Shown here one piece after another: positions 46,076 to 59,632 of a stretch of DNA of 64,000 bases. Location: assembly GCF_009914755.1 (NCBI RefSeq), contig NC_060940.1; one strand, 5' to 3'. A program made the position numbers and the translations under genes. This DNA is from the human T2T-CHM13v2.0 reference genome, Homo sapiens. The stretch's first letter is position 1; every line of letters starts with the position of its first letter. The notes beneath the pieces are model-generated. The model searched no databases and was not told where the DNA came from. It saw nothing but the letters and a program-made list of their open reading frames with translations.

Positions 46076-47516
46076 TAAAATGACAAGATTGCTTTGGCTG
46101 TTCATATCCTTTGGTAGTTCCATACAAACTTCAGGATTTTTTTTCTATTTCTGTGAAGAATGTTATTGGTATTTTGATAAGGATTGCATTTAATAAGTAG
46201 TACACTTTGGGTAGTATGGTCATTTTAAAAGCATTCTTTTGATCCGTGAGCATGGGATATCTTTCCATTTATTTGTGTCTTCAATTTCTTTCACTGATGT
46301 TTTATAGTTTTCAGTGTAGAAATCTTTTACCTCCTTGGTTCAATTTATTTCTAAGTATTTTATTTTTTTGGTAACTGTTGTAAATAGGATTGTTTTCTTG
46401 ATTTTTTTTTCAGATAGTTCGTTGTTAGTATATAGAAGTATTACTGATTTTTCTATTTTGATTTTATATCCTGCAACTTTATTGAATTCATTTATTGGTT
46501 CCAACAGTTTTTTTTGGTGGAATCTTTAGGGTTGTCTATATATAAGGTCATGCCATCTGCAAACAGGAACAATTTTACTTCTTCCTTTCCTAATTGGATG
46601 CCTGACTCCTGAAGCCACTGAGGGTATGAGAAGCCCAAGCCTGCTGTAGTTGGCTGGCAGTGATGTGGACTGGAAATGGAGTCTGCCTCATAGGGGATAC
46701 AGGCTTCCACCTGGCTCCAGGACAGGTCTGAAGGCACAGTCCCTGGGTACTGGCCTAGAGTCAGGGGCCATGGAGGTCTTCTGGGTACTGGGTTTTACTG
46801 TGTTGGGCCTGGTGTTAGGGTTCAAGGCAAAGTCCTATGCTTACTTCCCTCTGTTTCCCCCATCTGATGGTATCTCTCTCCACGCTGTGCTGCCTAGGGT
46901 TGGGGAGTGGGTGACGCGGGTAATGTAAAACTATCCTTTCTACCACCTTCAGCGTGTCTTTTAAAATTTTTGTGCTATAACCAGGTACCGTAATCTGTCG
47001 TCTGTTTTTCTTAGCTCTTGTGAAGGTGTTTTTAGGAATGGATAGTTGTTCGAATTGATGTTTCTGCCCTGGGACGAGTACTGGAGAGTCTTGTTCCGCC
47101 ATCTTGTACCACCTTCTTTTGTATGTAACCTGTTAATCTTTTTAATCTTTGGCAATCCAGTAGGAGACAAAAAATAGTATTTTTTTGAGATAACAAGGTT
47201 TCTAATTGGAATATACCTTTTAGGTTTTCAAAGACCTCCAATTTGATATTCTTACTAACGTGAAGAGTTTTCTTATTGAGAAGATACCTGTGGTTCTCAT
47301 GCATAGATGAAATACTCTTGGACTTTAAATGTGATGAGAGTGTTGAAGTATGTTGAGTTCTTTGTTTTTCAGTCTATTGCCTTCGTTAACTCATTATAAA
47401 TATTTTTAAACTATAGGTCAACTGACTGTTACTATTTCAAATACTGAAAGTTTTCCTCCATAGAGAACTCTCCCTTTGTTTTTTATTCACTTATAGTGCA
47501 GTTTCAAGAAGCTTTA

Positions 47517-47825
47517 AGACTAGGCACGGTATCTCACAACTGTGATCCCAGCACTTTGGGAGGCTGAGGCAGGTAAACTGCTTGAGCTCAGGAGTTCAAG
47601 ACTGGCCTGCACAATAACATAGTGAAATCCCATCTCTGCAAAACATGCAAAATTAGCTGGGCATGGTGGCTCACACCTGTAGTCCCAGGTGTTCAGGAGG
47701 CTGAGGCAGGAGGATCACTTGAGGCTAGGACGTGGAGGTCTCAGTGAGCCAAGATCATGCCACTGCACTCCAGCCGGGGTGACAGAGTGAGACTCTGTCT
47801 TGAAAAAAATTAAAAAGATAAATAA
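47517..47825 (+). mobile_element. AluJ
   Basis: Sense dimer, TSD AAGAAGCTTTA. Confidence 0.9.
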
Positions 47826-48165
47826 AGAAGCTTTAGAGACCAATTTCTTAACATGCCTCAAACGTAGATATCAATTGTGGAATAGCATATAGAATATGAC
47901 TTACAAACTTGGGTGATGATATTATTGAGTTATGTGGATTATGTGACTGTGCATTCATATGTAAACCTATGTTTACTGATGTTGAATCTCTTCTGTCTAA
48001 AGGATTTTAACAGTTTCTGATATGAGTGTGATCTTTAATTTTATATTTGCCTTAGATTTTATTTTAATCAAATAAGATTTACTTGAGGAAGGTTTCATAT
48101 GAAGCATATACCAACTTTGTCATTGACCTATGGTTTGTTCTTTAACTTAATAAAAAGCCAATTAA

Positions 48166-48383
48166 CTATCAGGAGCTATTTCAAACAAGAAAATCAGAGA
48201 GCCAGCGTAGGCAATATAGTGAGACCCTGTCTCTACAAAAAATATTTAAAATTAAAATAAGAAAAAATTAGCAAGGCATGGTTATAATCCCAGCTACTCA
48301 GGAGAGTGAGGTGAGATGATTATTTGAGCCTGGAGTTGGAGACCAGCCTTGACAATATAGCAAGATCTCATCTCTTAAAGAAA
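48166..48383 (+). mobile_element. Atypical Alu-derived insert: non-Alu leader, left-arm end, then FLAM-like monomer
   Basis: 14-bp TSD AAAAAGCCAATTAA at 48152-48165 and 48384-48397. Confidence 0.8.
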
Positions 48384-48435
48384 AAAAAGCCAATTAAAAG
48401 TCACCTTTTTTCTTCAGATAGAAAATACATCTTCT

Positions 48436-48758
<323 letters not shown>

Positions 48759-51700
48759 TTAATAATATAGAATGCCTTTAATACTTTAATATTGATGCTT
48801 TTCTTTTCACTCCAAGTTAACATTGTTGACCATATACCACCAAGACCAGGGACCAAGTAGTACAACTGGTATTTTATTCACTGGTTTACATCCAGCACCT
48901 AATATAATACCTGGCATGCACATGGCAAACACCCACATTGTGTTTGAAGGAATGAATGGTTGGTAAATATTGTCATTGTTAGAATTAGGTTGGAAATGAG
49001 AAGGGCCTTAAATTTTAATTTGGATAAGAAAACTAGCATCTGTGATTTTTATACGTACCTAAATCTAAACATAGACAATTATAGTGATACTTGCTACCAT
49101 AACATTGTGTGACATTTTGTTTGAAATGTTGAATTGGCCTGTATCCCATTTATTTTCCAACTCTGCTTTTTTGTTTGTGTGTTTTTGTTGTTGTCAAGGG
49201 AAAAGTAAGTATCTAAACTAGGTAGGAAACTAGATCTTGTTAAATAATCATATTTATGTTTCATAGTATAGACATGGGAAAGTTTTTCATAGTTATGTTA
49301 TTTGAAGACAAAGCTAAAATGGATGTCCCAAAATATATTTTTAATTATAATGGAGATAAATTGAGCTATATTTTAAGTGTGGCTCCGCATTTCATTAAAA
49401 ATAGAAGCAGAGAAATTGATTGCCAGCCTTTGAGAAGAATGTATAATAAATCTTTGTCCAGTATCCTGTCTTTTAAGCCTTTCTGACTCCTAACCAATTT
49501 TTCACAGCCAAACTAAACAAAGAAGATAGAATAATTAATAGATTCAAGTAGTGTTTTTGCCTCTCTTTCCATATACTTTGTTTCTGTTGGAATATGGGAT
49601 TCCAAAGAGTTCATGAGCTAGTTTTAATCAGTATTTGAGCAGCAGTTATTTGCATGTATAACGTCTTAAATTGATTAAATAATCCCCTAGCAATTTTTAT
49701 TTGCACTTTAGTTTGCTTAGCATCCCCTTTCTTAATAAATAATCCAAAATTAAATGTAGGCAGACTTGAAATAATTGAGTCTTCAATAGTAGAGTCTAAA
49801 TTAATGAAGTTTTTTTAGACTTTAAAACTCTCATATCTTTTTGTGGCTGATGGTATAATCTTGTATTTGTTTTCTAAAATAACCAAATTTCTGGTTTCTT
49901 CAATCTCTTTTATGTGGCAATGCAGGAATTTGCTTATACGGTAGTTTTCATTTTACTGATGACTTAATTTATTTAATTGCATGCTTTAAAGCCCTGATTC
50001 TAAAAATACTCCTGGAAAGCAAGGAATTACTAGCAGTAGTTAAACAGAAGTCTTAATTAAAATTAAGGCTTTATTATTTATTTATCCTCTTAGCTGCATT
50101 TGTAATAATTTTTACATTGTACTTAAACAGAAAGTTTTAAGAATTTTTCAGCATCTTTAATGACTTGGATTTTGTGCATCTGCAACAGTTTCTTCCTATT
50201 TTAGGCACAAAGCTTAAAGTTTAGACTGGCAGGGGAAGTAGTCGTTTGATTGGAAAGTTGGGCAGAGGAGAAAAATTTTGTCTTCATATACAGAATTTGT
50301 AGCAGTAGAATATTCAGATGGAATTGTATTAAACTCTAACCCTAGGAAAAAAAAATTGAAGTACTTGTATGCAGTACAGAGAATAGATCCCTAGCAAAGC
50401 CAACACTCGGGGCTTACTTCTGTAGTATCTGCAGCTGAATTGGTCTCTCCCAAGAGTATTCTCATCTCAAAGTCTTAAGAGTAGAGTTTGGAAAGGGGAG
50501 GAGAGAACAGTAGCTTTGGGCCATAAGTTCCATGATGAGCTCAATAGTCAGTGAAACTCTCTAGGTTAAGGATATGTACTGAACCTCTGAATGTCCTATC
50601 CCCCTTGAGAAATTTCCTTCCTTCCTAACTCTGGGCACTTTGTTTAGTGTTGCGGCATGCTGGAAATTTATCTTGAGTTGAGGAGAGGGAGTCTGACTGT
50701 ATTGCTGCAGAGTCTAGGCTACTCTCTTTAAATAGATGTCCAATGTGGGAATATGGCTGAAAACCATCAGTTCCTCCCTTATCATAGTTAGGCAGTGGCA
50801 AATATTAGAATTTCATGCAAGCTTTTCCTTCTTCAGTTTGCTCAGAGAGGACGCCTAGTTCAAGGTGAAGATTAAGTGTTTGTGTATGTTAAACTCAGTA
50901 AGTTTTATTTTAAATATACTTCAGTCTGCTCTAATGTAACAAAGTTCTTCAGTCTGATTGTTCTAGCAGCTATCACTCAAACATTAATTGCTGTCAGTGT
51001 GAAAGGATATCCTCCTACATCTTTTCTGGAGTACTTGAAACCATCCCACTTCCTTTTTCTTTTACCTTAAGAACTGATTACTGACACTTGGGAATTACAA
51101 TCAGATTGCATCAATCTTTATGGAAAGGTTGCCAATTATTGCACTGCAAAATATGCATTTCCCTCTAATAGTAAGTGTTTCTCTTGGTGTGTCTCTCAGT
51201 TCAGTGCTTTTAAATACCTCTTAGGTGAATGAATGCTTTGTGCCATGCCCTGATTTAATATATTTAAAAGACTTAATTCATGGCTTTGTTACCTTCAGGT
51301 CTTTGGGAGGTGGAAATGGATGGAGGGGAATAATTTATGTAATACGAAATCTTTGTAGGATCTTTTGATTGATTAGATGTCCTTGGATAGAAGAAGGATG
51401 GCCGGTGACTGTTACTTATACTGTGATATAAACTCTCAAATGAGTGTGTTCTTTGAAGAGTTGAGAGCAGTGCGGAATTTTATGGTGGGAATGTACATTG
51501 AGCCTTGTGCAATGTCTTTTGTGTGCATTACCTCATTTTGTTTTCACAACAGTTCTGTGAGGATAGATGTAATTACCCCAGTTTTAAAGAGCAGAAGGGC
51601 TCAATGAGATTGTGAAATCAGGACTTGGGCATGCAGCTAGTAGGTTAAAAACAAAACAAAACTGTGACTTGAATACGGATCTCTCTGGCTCCAAAATCCA

Positions 51701-52392
51701 TGCTTTCTTCCCTCGGACAGGGAAAGGTGGTGTTAGAATGCTCGAAAGTTCTTAGAATGTTGACATTGTAGACCATGGAAATGCTGAACAGAATGAAGAT
51801 AACGCTACTTTATGAGCACCCCCAGCATTATTTTCACCATCCTCTATTTCTAATGCTCTTCATCATCAACTCATGAAGCCAAGGAGCCTGCCAGGGTGTC
51901 TGGCTCATCATGTTCAATACAGCAGAGACTTGTTTAATTTAGCAGCACTCTGAGATGAAAGGTTCATGACTGCCAAGTACAAACAGACCTTCTGCGGGAT
52001 GTTAATTTGGTTATAGAAGAGAATGCTTGTTTTTCCTTGCTCTGTGCTAATAAAGAAGCTGGCACATTTTTTCGTGAGGAAAAAGGACTTTGACTTATTA
52101 AATCTGTGTAATCAAAGAGAAGCAGTTCTGATAACCATTTTTCTTTGTGCAGTCTTTGGTTAATTCCATTCTGTACCTGCCAGCAAATTGCAAATTGCGT
52201 GCTTTTTTGTTCTTTCCTCTTTTTTATTTTGGATTTGGTTTTATGGTTGGTCACTGTAGGGATTTATTGGTAGGAAAATAAATTATTTCCTCATTTGAAC
52301 AGATTGTGTGTTTTTACAACAGGTTATCTTGTAGCAAGCAGAGTGATTCAACCAGGCCTCTGCACGGAGGTGTTGCTATATGACTTTGACCA

Positions 52393-53450
52393 TTTTAAAT
52401 AATAACAGCTTTATTGAGATATAATTCATATACCATAAAGTTTACCCTTTTAAAGTGTAGAACTCAATGATTTTTAGTATTCTCACAGAGTTGTACACCC
52501 ATCACTTCTGACTAATTCCAGGACACTTTCATCACCCCAAAAAGAAATCTCATACCCACTCTCCATTCTCCCCTCTGTCTCTCTCACCTCTAGAAGCCAC
52601 TCATCTACTTTCTATCTCTTTGGATTTACCTGTTCTGGACATGCCATGTAAATGGAATCATAAAAATATGTGACCTTTTGTGTCTGGCTTTTTTCTATGT
52701 TGCAGCATGTATCAGAACTTCATTCCTTTTTATTGCTGAGTAGTATTCTGTTGTGTGGATAATACTACATTTTGCTTATTTCTTCATCAGTTGATGGACA
52801 TTGTGGTGGTTTCCACTTTTTGGTTATTATGAATCATACTGCTGTGAACATTTGCATATAAATTTTCTAGTGGACACAGGTTTTCATTTCTTTTGGGTAT
52901 ACACCTAGGAGTGGAATTGCTGGGTTATATGGTAACTCTGTATTTAACTTTTTGAGGAAATGCCCAACTGTTTTCCAAAGTGCTTTTGTGTGAAGGTGCA
53001 CCTTTTTTGTTCTCAGCAACATTTGAGGGTTCCAATTTCTCCAAGTCCTTGGCAACACTTTTCCATGATTGTGTTTTTCGTAGTAGCCATCCTAATGAAT
53101 GTGAAGTGGTGTCTCATGATTTTGATTTGCATTTCCCTAATCACTAATGATATTGAACATCTTTTCATGTGCTTCTTGGCCACTTGTATATCTTAGAGAA
53201 ATACCTACTCAAATTATTTGCCCATTTTTAAAATGGACTGTCTTTTTATTGAGTGGTGATAGTTCTTTATATATTTTGTATACACACACACCCCCAAACA
53301 CCCCCACCCTTATCAGATATATGAATTGTAAGATTTTCTCTCCCATTTTGTGATTGTCTTTTCACTTTCTTCATGTTGTTCTCTGAAGCAAGTGGTGTTT
53401 TAATTTTGATGAAGTCCAGTTTTCCAATTTGTTTTGGTTGCTTGTGCCAT
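52393..53450 (-). mobile_element. L1MB 3' fragment
   Basis: CAGCTTTATTGAGATATAATTCATATACC; minus-strand ORF LKKLNTELPYNPAIPLLGVYPKEMKT. Confidence 0.88.
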
Positions 53451-54140
53451 TCTCTCTCTGTTGGAAATTTTCTTTATTTCTAGACATCTCCCATTTAAAA
53501 AATTTGTACAAAATTAGTTTATTAACTATACAATGAGTAAGAGGTATTAAACATCTTTTGTGTTTTCAGGTATTCTCAGCTCATTCAATGTGAGAAAACC
53601 AAATCTCCTAACCTTACACCCAATGTGCTTTTTTGTTTTTTAAATCAGAAAGATGTCTTTCATTGTTCTGCGTCGCTTAAAATGCACGCATCATCCCATG
53701 AGCATTTATGTGTCTAATACATACTGAGCACTTTGCAGGGCTTGGGGATCCAGAGGTGAGTGGGATGTGGCCCTATCTTTAAGGAACAGGAGCTCACATG
53801 CCATGCTAGAAGCTTCCACAGAGGACTGTGGTGGTGCCAGGAGGGGGAAGGGAGCAGTCTCCTCTTTCGGGTGAGAATACTTTATAGAAGAGTTGGTGCT
53901 GGTGCTCAGTCTGCAAAGATGGGTGGGTGATCAGAACTTTTTGTTATAGTCTGTGAGTCTCTCTTCTGGTTACTTCCTGCCATGTATGCCAAGTACACTA
54001 GCACCAGATATCTCACAACAGCCTATCTAGGATTATTGATATAATAAAATGTAGATAGAGGTGTGACGACTCTGATGCCTAAAAGTGAGCCCAAAGAAAA
54101 CCACTTTAATTTTTTCAGGTTTTCAAAATCAGTTCAGCAT

Positions 54141-54141
<1 letters not shown>

Positions 54142-54183
<42 letters not shown>
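54142..54183. repeat. (GT)21 microsatellite
   Basis: Perfect dinucleotide run. Confidence 0.97.
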
Positions 54184-54185
<2 letters not shown>

Positions 54186-54975
54186 TTCTGTATAGTCACA
54201 GCATAAAATAGGAGGCAAGGAGTGACAGTTGCTTGGCTGGAGAGGAAGACTGATTATAGACAGTTGGGTGTGTCCCATTAAGGAATTTAGATTTTGCCCT
54301 TAGTGATGGGGAGTCACTGAAGAGTCCAGCAGCGGGGAGGTGATTGGATCACTCTAGTTACTATACCATGGATGCTGGATGCAAGGGGCAGGTCTAGAGA
54401 CAGGCAACCCATTAGGCTGTTACACGAGTCCAGGTGACAGTTGATGAGGACCTGAACTAGGGCACTGGTGGTAGAGTTGTAGAAGACAGAGGCTGGAAAT
54501 GTTTAGGAGGTACTAGTCAGGACTCTTGGCTGCAAGTTAACAGAAACCTCACTCAAACTATCTTAAGTTAAAAGGGGAGCTAATTGGAAGATTCCTAGAG
54601 AAGGTTGCAAAAGGAATGAAATGCTGCAGAAACCAGCACAATTTCAGGGACCTCAGGGATTAGAAGTGGTACATCATCACAGGGCAGGAGCCATCTTCAC
54701 AGTCACCAACCAAGAGGAAGGAAACAGCTTTTCCCTCCCAGCTTTGGTTTTAAAATCCCAGGGGCACTCTTGGCCTTGGGAGTTTGTGCTCCCCGGCCAG
54801 GCACTGGGGTCTTTGTTGGAAGCTCTCTATCACCATCACACTGAGAGTTCCTGGAAGAAGTGGAGAAGGGTTGTTCTGGCAGAGCCATCTGTGCACGTCC
54901 ACTCTAGGCATATGGGTTGGACCCAGAGATCGAAACGATCTGAGAATAAGGGAAAGGTCAAGAATGCCTCCCAAA

Positions 54976-55313
<338 letters not shown>

Positions 55314-58300
55314 CTATGATGGCACCACTTCTGTCCAATAAAAAGGTTCAGGGATATGCAAGCCAAGTACAATGAGCAAAGTTTAGATCAGCTTAGTACC
55401 ACACTACTCAGAAATTGTGTCTGTGTTACATAGTTTTGTGATTATTTGGTTGACTTGGCTTCCTTCACTATTAGAAACCCTGAGAGGACAGGGACTATTT
55501 TTTTTTGCTGCGATTCTCCAGATCCCAGCATACTGTACTTGGCGCATAGTGGGTGTACAGTATATATCTATGTACGAATGAATGAATGCAGGTGACCATG
55601 TGCAGTAGGTAGTTAGATTGTTTGATTGGATCTCAGGTAAGGGTGGGAAACAGATTTAGGAGTTATCTGTGTAGGGCTAGATGGTTGACAACTCTTGAAA
55701 GTTATTGGGGAAGGGACCTTTATAAAACTTCAGATGTTGTCTAGACCTGTGATTTTTATGTCCAGGTAATGAAATTGTGCCTTTTCTTTCCTTTTTTGTC
55801 CTGTTTAGTTTTTAATGCCAGTAATTATCTGCTGACAGTCCTGCCAATGATTTTTTTAAAATTTTGTTACAGATTATGATTAGACTTGTGATAGATAGGA
55901 AAATAAAGGTGATAAAGACAGATTCTATTTCCTTTTTAAGAATAACTGACTCATGGGATGAAACTTTGGATATGATTTCAGATCACTCCTGTAAACTCTC
56001 ACAAGAGATGTTTATAAAACACTTGGAACAATACAGATTGTACTAAGAAAATGTGCTTTGATCAACTGTGGAGATACAAAGCAGGAAACTTAATAAATCA
56101 AGTCCTATTTGTGAATGGAAAGGACTGGAAGTTCACCTTAAAAGTAAGAATTCAGCTTACATCCAGACTTAAATTTTGTAGTCTAAATAGCAGATGTTAA
56201 CTTAGTTTCATCTTTTATATAAAAATAAAATGAATTATAGACTTCATATCTTGGCATCTTGAAATCTGACTCCTGATTCCTCTCTCTTAATGACTATTGG
56301 AACACTAGGCTAGACATGGAATTTGACTTTGGTTTTTTTACCCTTTAATTTTTGAAGTCAGTGTGCTTCCAACTCTGTCTTCCCTCTGTAGTCAGGAAAA
56401 CCAAACCATTGGTAGCTTGGATATGCTATAATTTTTATTATGTAAATATTAGAAAAGCACAGTTGTATTTATATAAAGAGTGATATTCATACTTGAGAGA
56501 TGGATTTTTTTTTTTTTTACAAATTAAAGCATAAATACAATTGTATTACTTTTATAGGCCAAGCACTCTTGTCCTGCCACCCTTCCATATGACAAGATAT
56601 TATAGTAAACTGCATATATTTTGTGTTTTTGCATATTGCCTAGATTCCTTTTTTTAAATTTGCAGTACAGATGTGAGCCATTTTTATTTATTTACTTAAT
56701 TTTTCACTAAAGAACTTTCATTAAATTTGGCTCTGAATGCAGGTCAGTATCTTAGCAAGTTGTAATTTAGTAGAGCATTTCTAAGAACTCAAATCGAGTT
56801 ACAGCATCTCAGCTCTTTAAATTAATCTAGGGTATATAGATACTATGATCATTTAAAAAAACAGATTTTCATTTGAATTGCAGATTAATGCTTGTTCTTT
56901 CAGATAAAGTTTGAACAAATATCTAATAGACTAAAACTTTGTATATTTTGAATTTTACCAAAGTGACTCAAAGACTGGGAAAGTATATTTTAGATTTTAA
57001 TGATGAGGTCAAAATCCTGGGTTTGAGTTCTGCATAGTTAAGTAATTACATGGAAAATTTCTGTGCCAGGATCCCAGACCCCTGCAAATTGTATCACTTC
57101 TAAAATCAGTTACAGAGCTGAAGTTTTTAAAATGTTAATTTCTGGAGGCACCCCTTATCAGCTCCTGGAAAAAAGAATTAAAAATGTATCTAACATAATA
57201 TAGCTTTTTCTATTTTCTGAAATGATTCTATTTTTTAAGAAGTAGTCAGCTTTGTTCTTTGCTAATTAAGTCTTCAAAGGTAGTGTCATTCAAAGTGGAG
57301 AAAAAAGTTACAGTGTAGATGTCAGGGAGAGAGGAAGCAGCTCTTTTAGATGATGGTAAACATGTGGCACCGATGAAAGAAGCCTGAATCCCTTACAGAG
57401 TTTGTCTCTGGGCTTGTCCGGCTCACTCCTGTTGCACCATGTAAGATGACAAGATTGCTTTCAGGTATACAGTATTTCCACTCATTTAATTTCCAGTTTT
57501 TTTAATGACTGATAAATATAACTCAAAAAGGAGCATTAAATAATAGGGCATTAAATAATCTCTATCTAGATTTAGTTGAATTAAGGGAAGAATTTGTCTG
57601 AGTGTAGAAAGTATAAAACAGTTAAAATGCATTTGTTTAAATGTGGGTAGAATTTAGGCTGAAGTGTTGCCTAGCAGATACAATGAATTTGATAATTGAT
57701 TATAAGTTTTACATATATATGTAAGCAGATGAGATATTTCTAATGTGCTTCATCTGTAGTTTCTATAGTTTTAAGTAGCTGACAAATCTTGTTTATGCTC
57801 CCTATTGAATAATCTTTCTTAATGGACAGAGAAAGCAGAAGCTATTCACCTAGTTCTTCTTCCTGTTAATAAAATCTAAGTTTCACCCTGCATCTCAAAG
57901 TTAGCAAAATGGCGTACAGAAATTCTAAGAGAGTGGGAATTATGTGGTTTGTAAATTTCTTTAATTAGTGTGTTTTCCGTGAAACTGCAGTATATAATAC
58001 AGGTAGAATAGGGGTTTTGGTCAGGGAATAGTGGAAAGCAGGGCTGGCGCTCCGCTGCACTCCAGGAGCATCATTCTAAAAGCCAGTGTTCCATGCTGTC
58101 ATTAATGAATGTGGAGTCTTTTTTGGAGAAACAAAGGATAAATTACCCATCTATCTATCCTTTTTGTTACAGCTTTATGCTAATTATTTGCTTGTATGAT
58201 AAACACTGACATTTCCTATCAGAATTATTTTAAATATATAAAGCCACTTTAAACATCACCAGGAATAATAATAGCACTGCTGGTTAGGGCACCCCGTAGG

Positions 58301-59312
58301 TCTAAAATAGTCTTCTTATCTTACCAAAGAGAACTTGCCTGACTTTGTAAGATTATGATAGCAAAGGCTACCTGAAAGGCAGTGCATGGAAGGTAAATTG
58401 TTGGGTATACCCAGTCCTGCCACAGTGTTGTTTCTCTCCCATGTTAAGACATACAGTCAGATTACAGTGACTTAGAGAATAATAACCACACTGAGAATAA
58501 TTAAACATCAAGTGCTTATGGTGAAATGAGTCCACATTATCAGGCAAGTGTGGTTCCACTTGGGGCCTGACTTGGGAGACTCCCTTGTAGAGGATTCAAG
58601 ATGCCCTCTGTGCTATTAATAATGGGAAATGGCTCTGTGACCTTGGGCAAGTTACTTAAGCTTGTTAACACTCTACCTGCCTGTAAAATGCTCCATTATA
58701 GAGTTGTTCTGAGGATGAATGAAGATGCTACATATAAAGTACACATTATAAATTGCCTATAGATGTTAAGCCATGGAACAATATCTTCCTTCAAAAGAAA
58801 GGGCAATAATTGGCAGTGCAGGTGTCATGAGAACCACACCTTTGTTCTGAACTTGAGTGAAACTCAAACTACATCAGGCATCATTTCACCATTTTAAAAG
58901 TAAATACTGGAAATGAAATGGACAAATTTCATCATTTTAACTATCAGCTGTTGAATGTCTCTGCTTTTGGATACTTTTCTTACCATTTTACCCAAAACAG
59001 AACCATCTTCACTTTTCAAAATCTGAAAAACAAAAAAGAGAAGGTAAAATGACTGAATACTGTGGTTTGTTTTTTGATCTTTTGTTTTCATGATTATTGC
59101 TTCTCTATCAGAATAAGAATATTTACAAACTGTACTGAATGCACTATTTACAACAGTGCTTACAAGTAGTGTCTAATGTAGATATAAATTGGGTATGATA
59201 TGTTCAGAACATGTGACAGGGAATCATGTCAGGCAAAATTTACTAAAAGTTTATTGGTTAGTACAGTTGTTCTTTTGAGAACAAGAACATGACAGTTTAG
59301 AGGCAAGCTGAA

Positions 59313-59314
59313 AT

Positions 59315-59353
<39 letters not shown>

Positions 59354-59632
59354 TTTGAGACAAGTCTCGCTCTGTCTTCCAGGCTGCAGTGCAGTGGCGC
59401 GATCTTGGCCCACTGCAACCTCCGCCTCCTGGGTTCAAGTAATTCTGCCTCAGCCTTCCGGGTAGCTGGGATTACAGGCATGTCCACCACGCCCAGCTAA
59501 TTTTTGTATTTCTAGTAGAGACAGGGTTTTACCATGTTGGCCAAGCTGGTCTCAAACTCCTGACCTCAAGTGATCTGCCTGCTTCGGCCTCCCAAAGTGT
59601 TGGATTACAGGTGTGACTCACTGTGCCTGGCC
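59313..59632 (-). mobile_element. AluS with (TTTA)n tail
   Basis: Antisense dimer; flanks GGCAAGCTGAAATTTA / GGCAACCTGAGATTTA. Confidence 0.95.
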
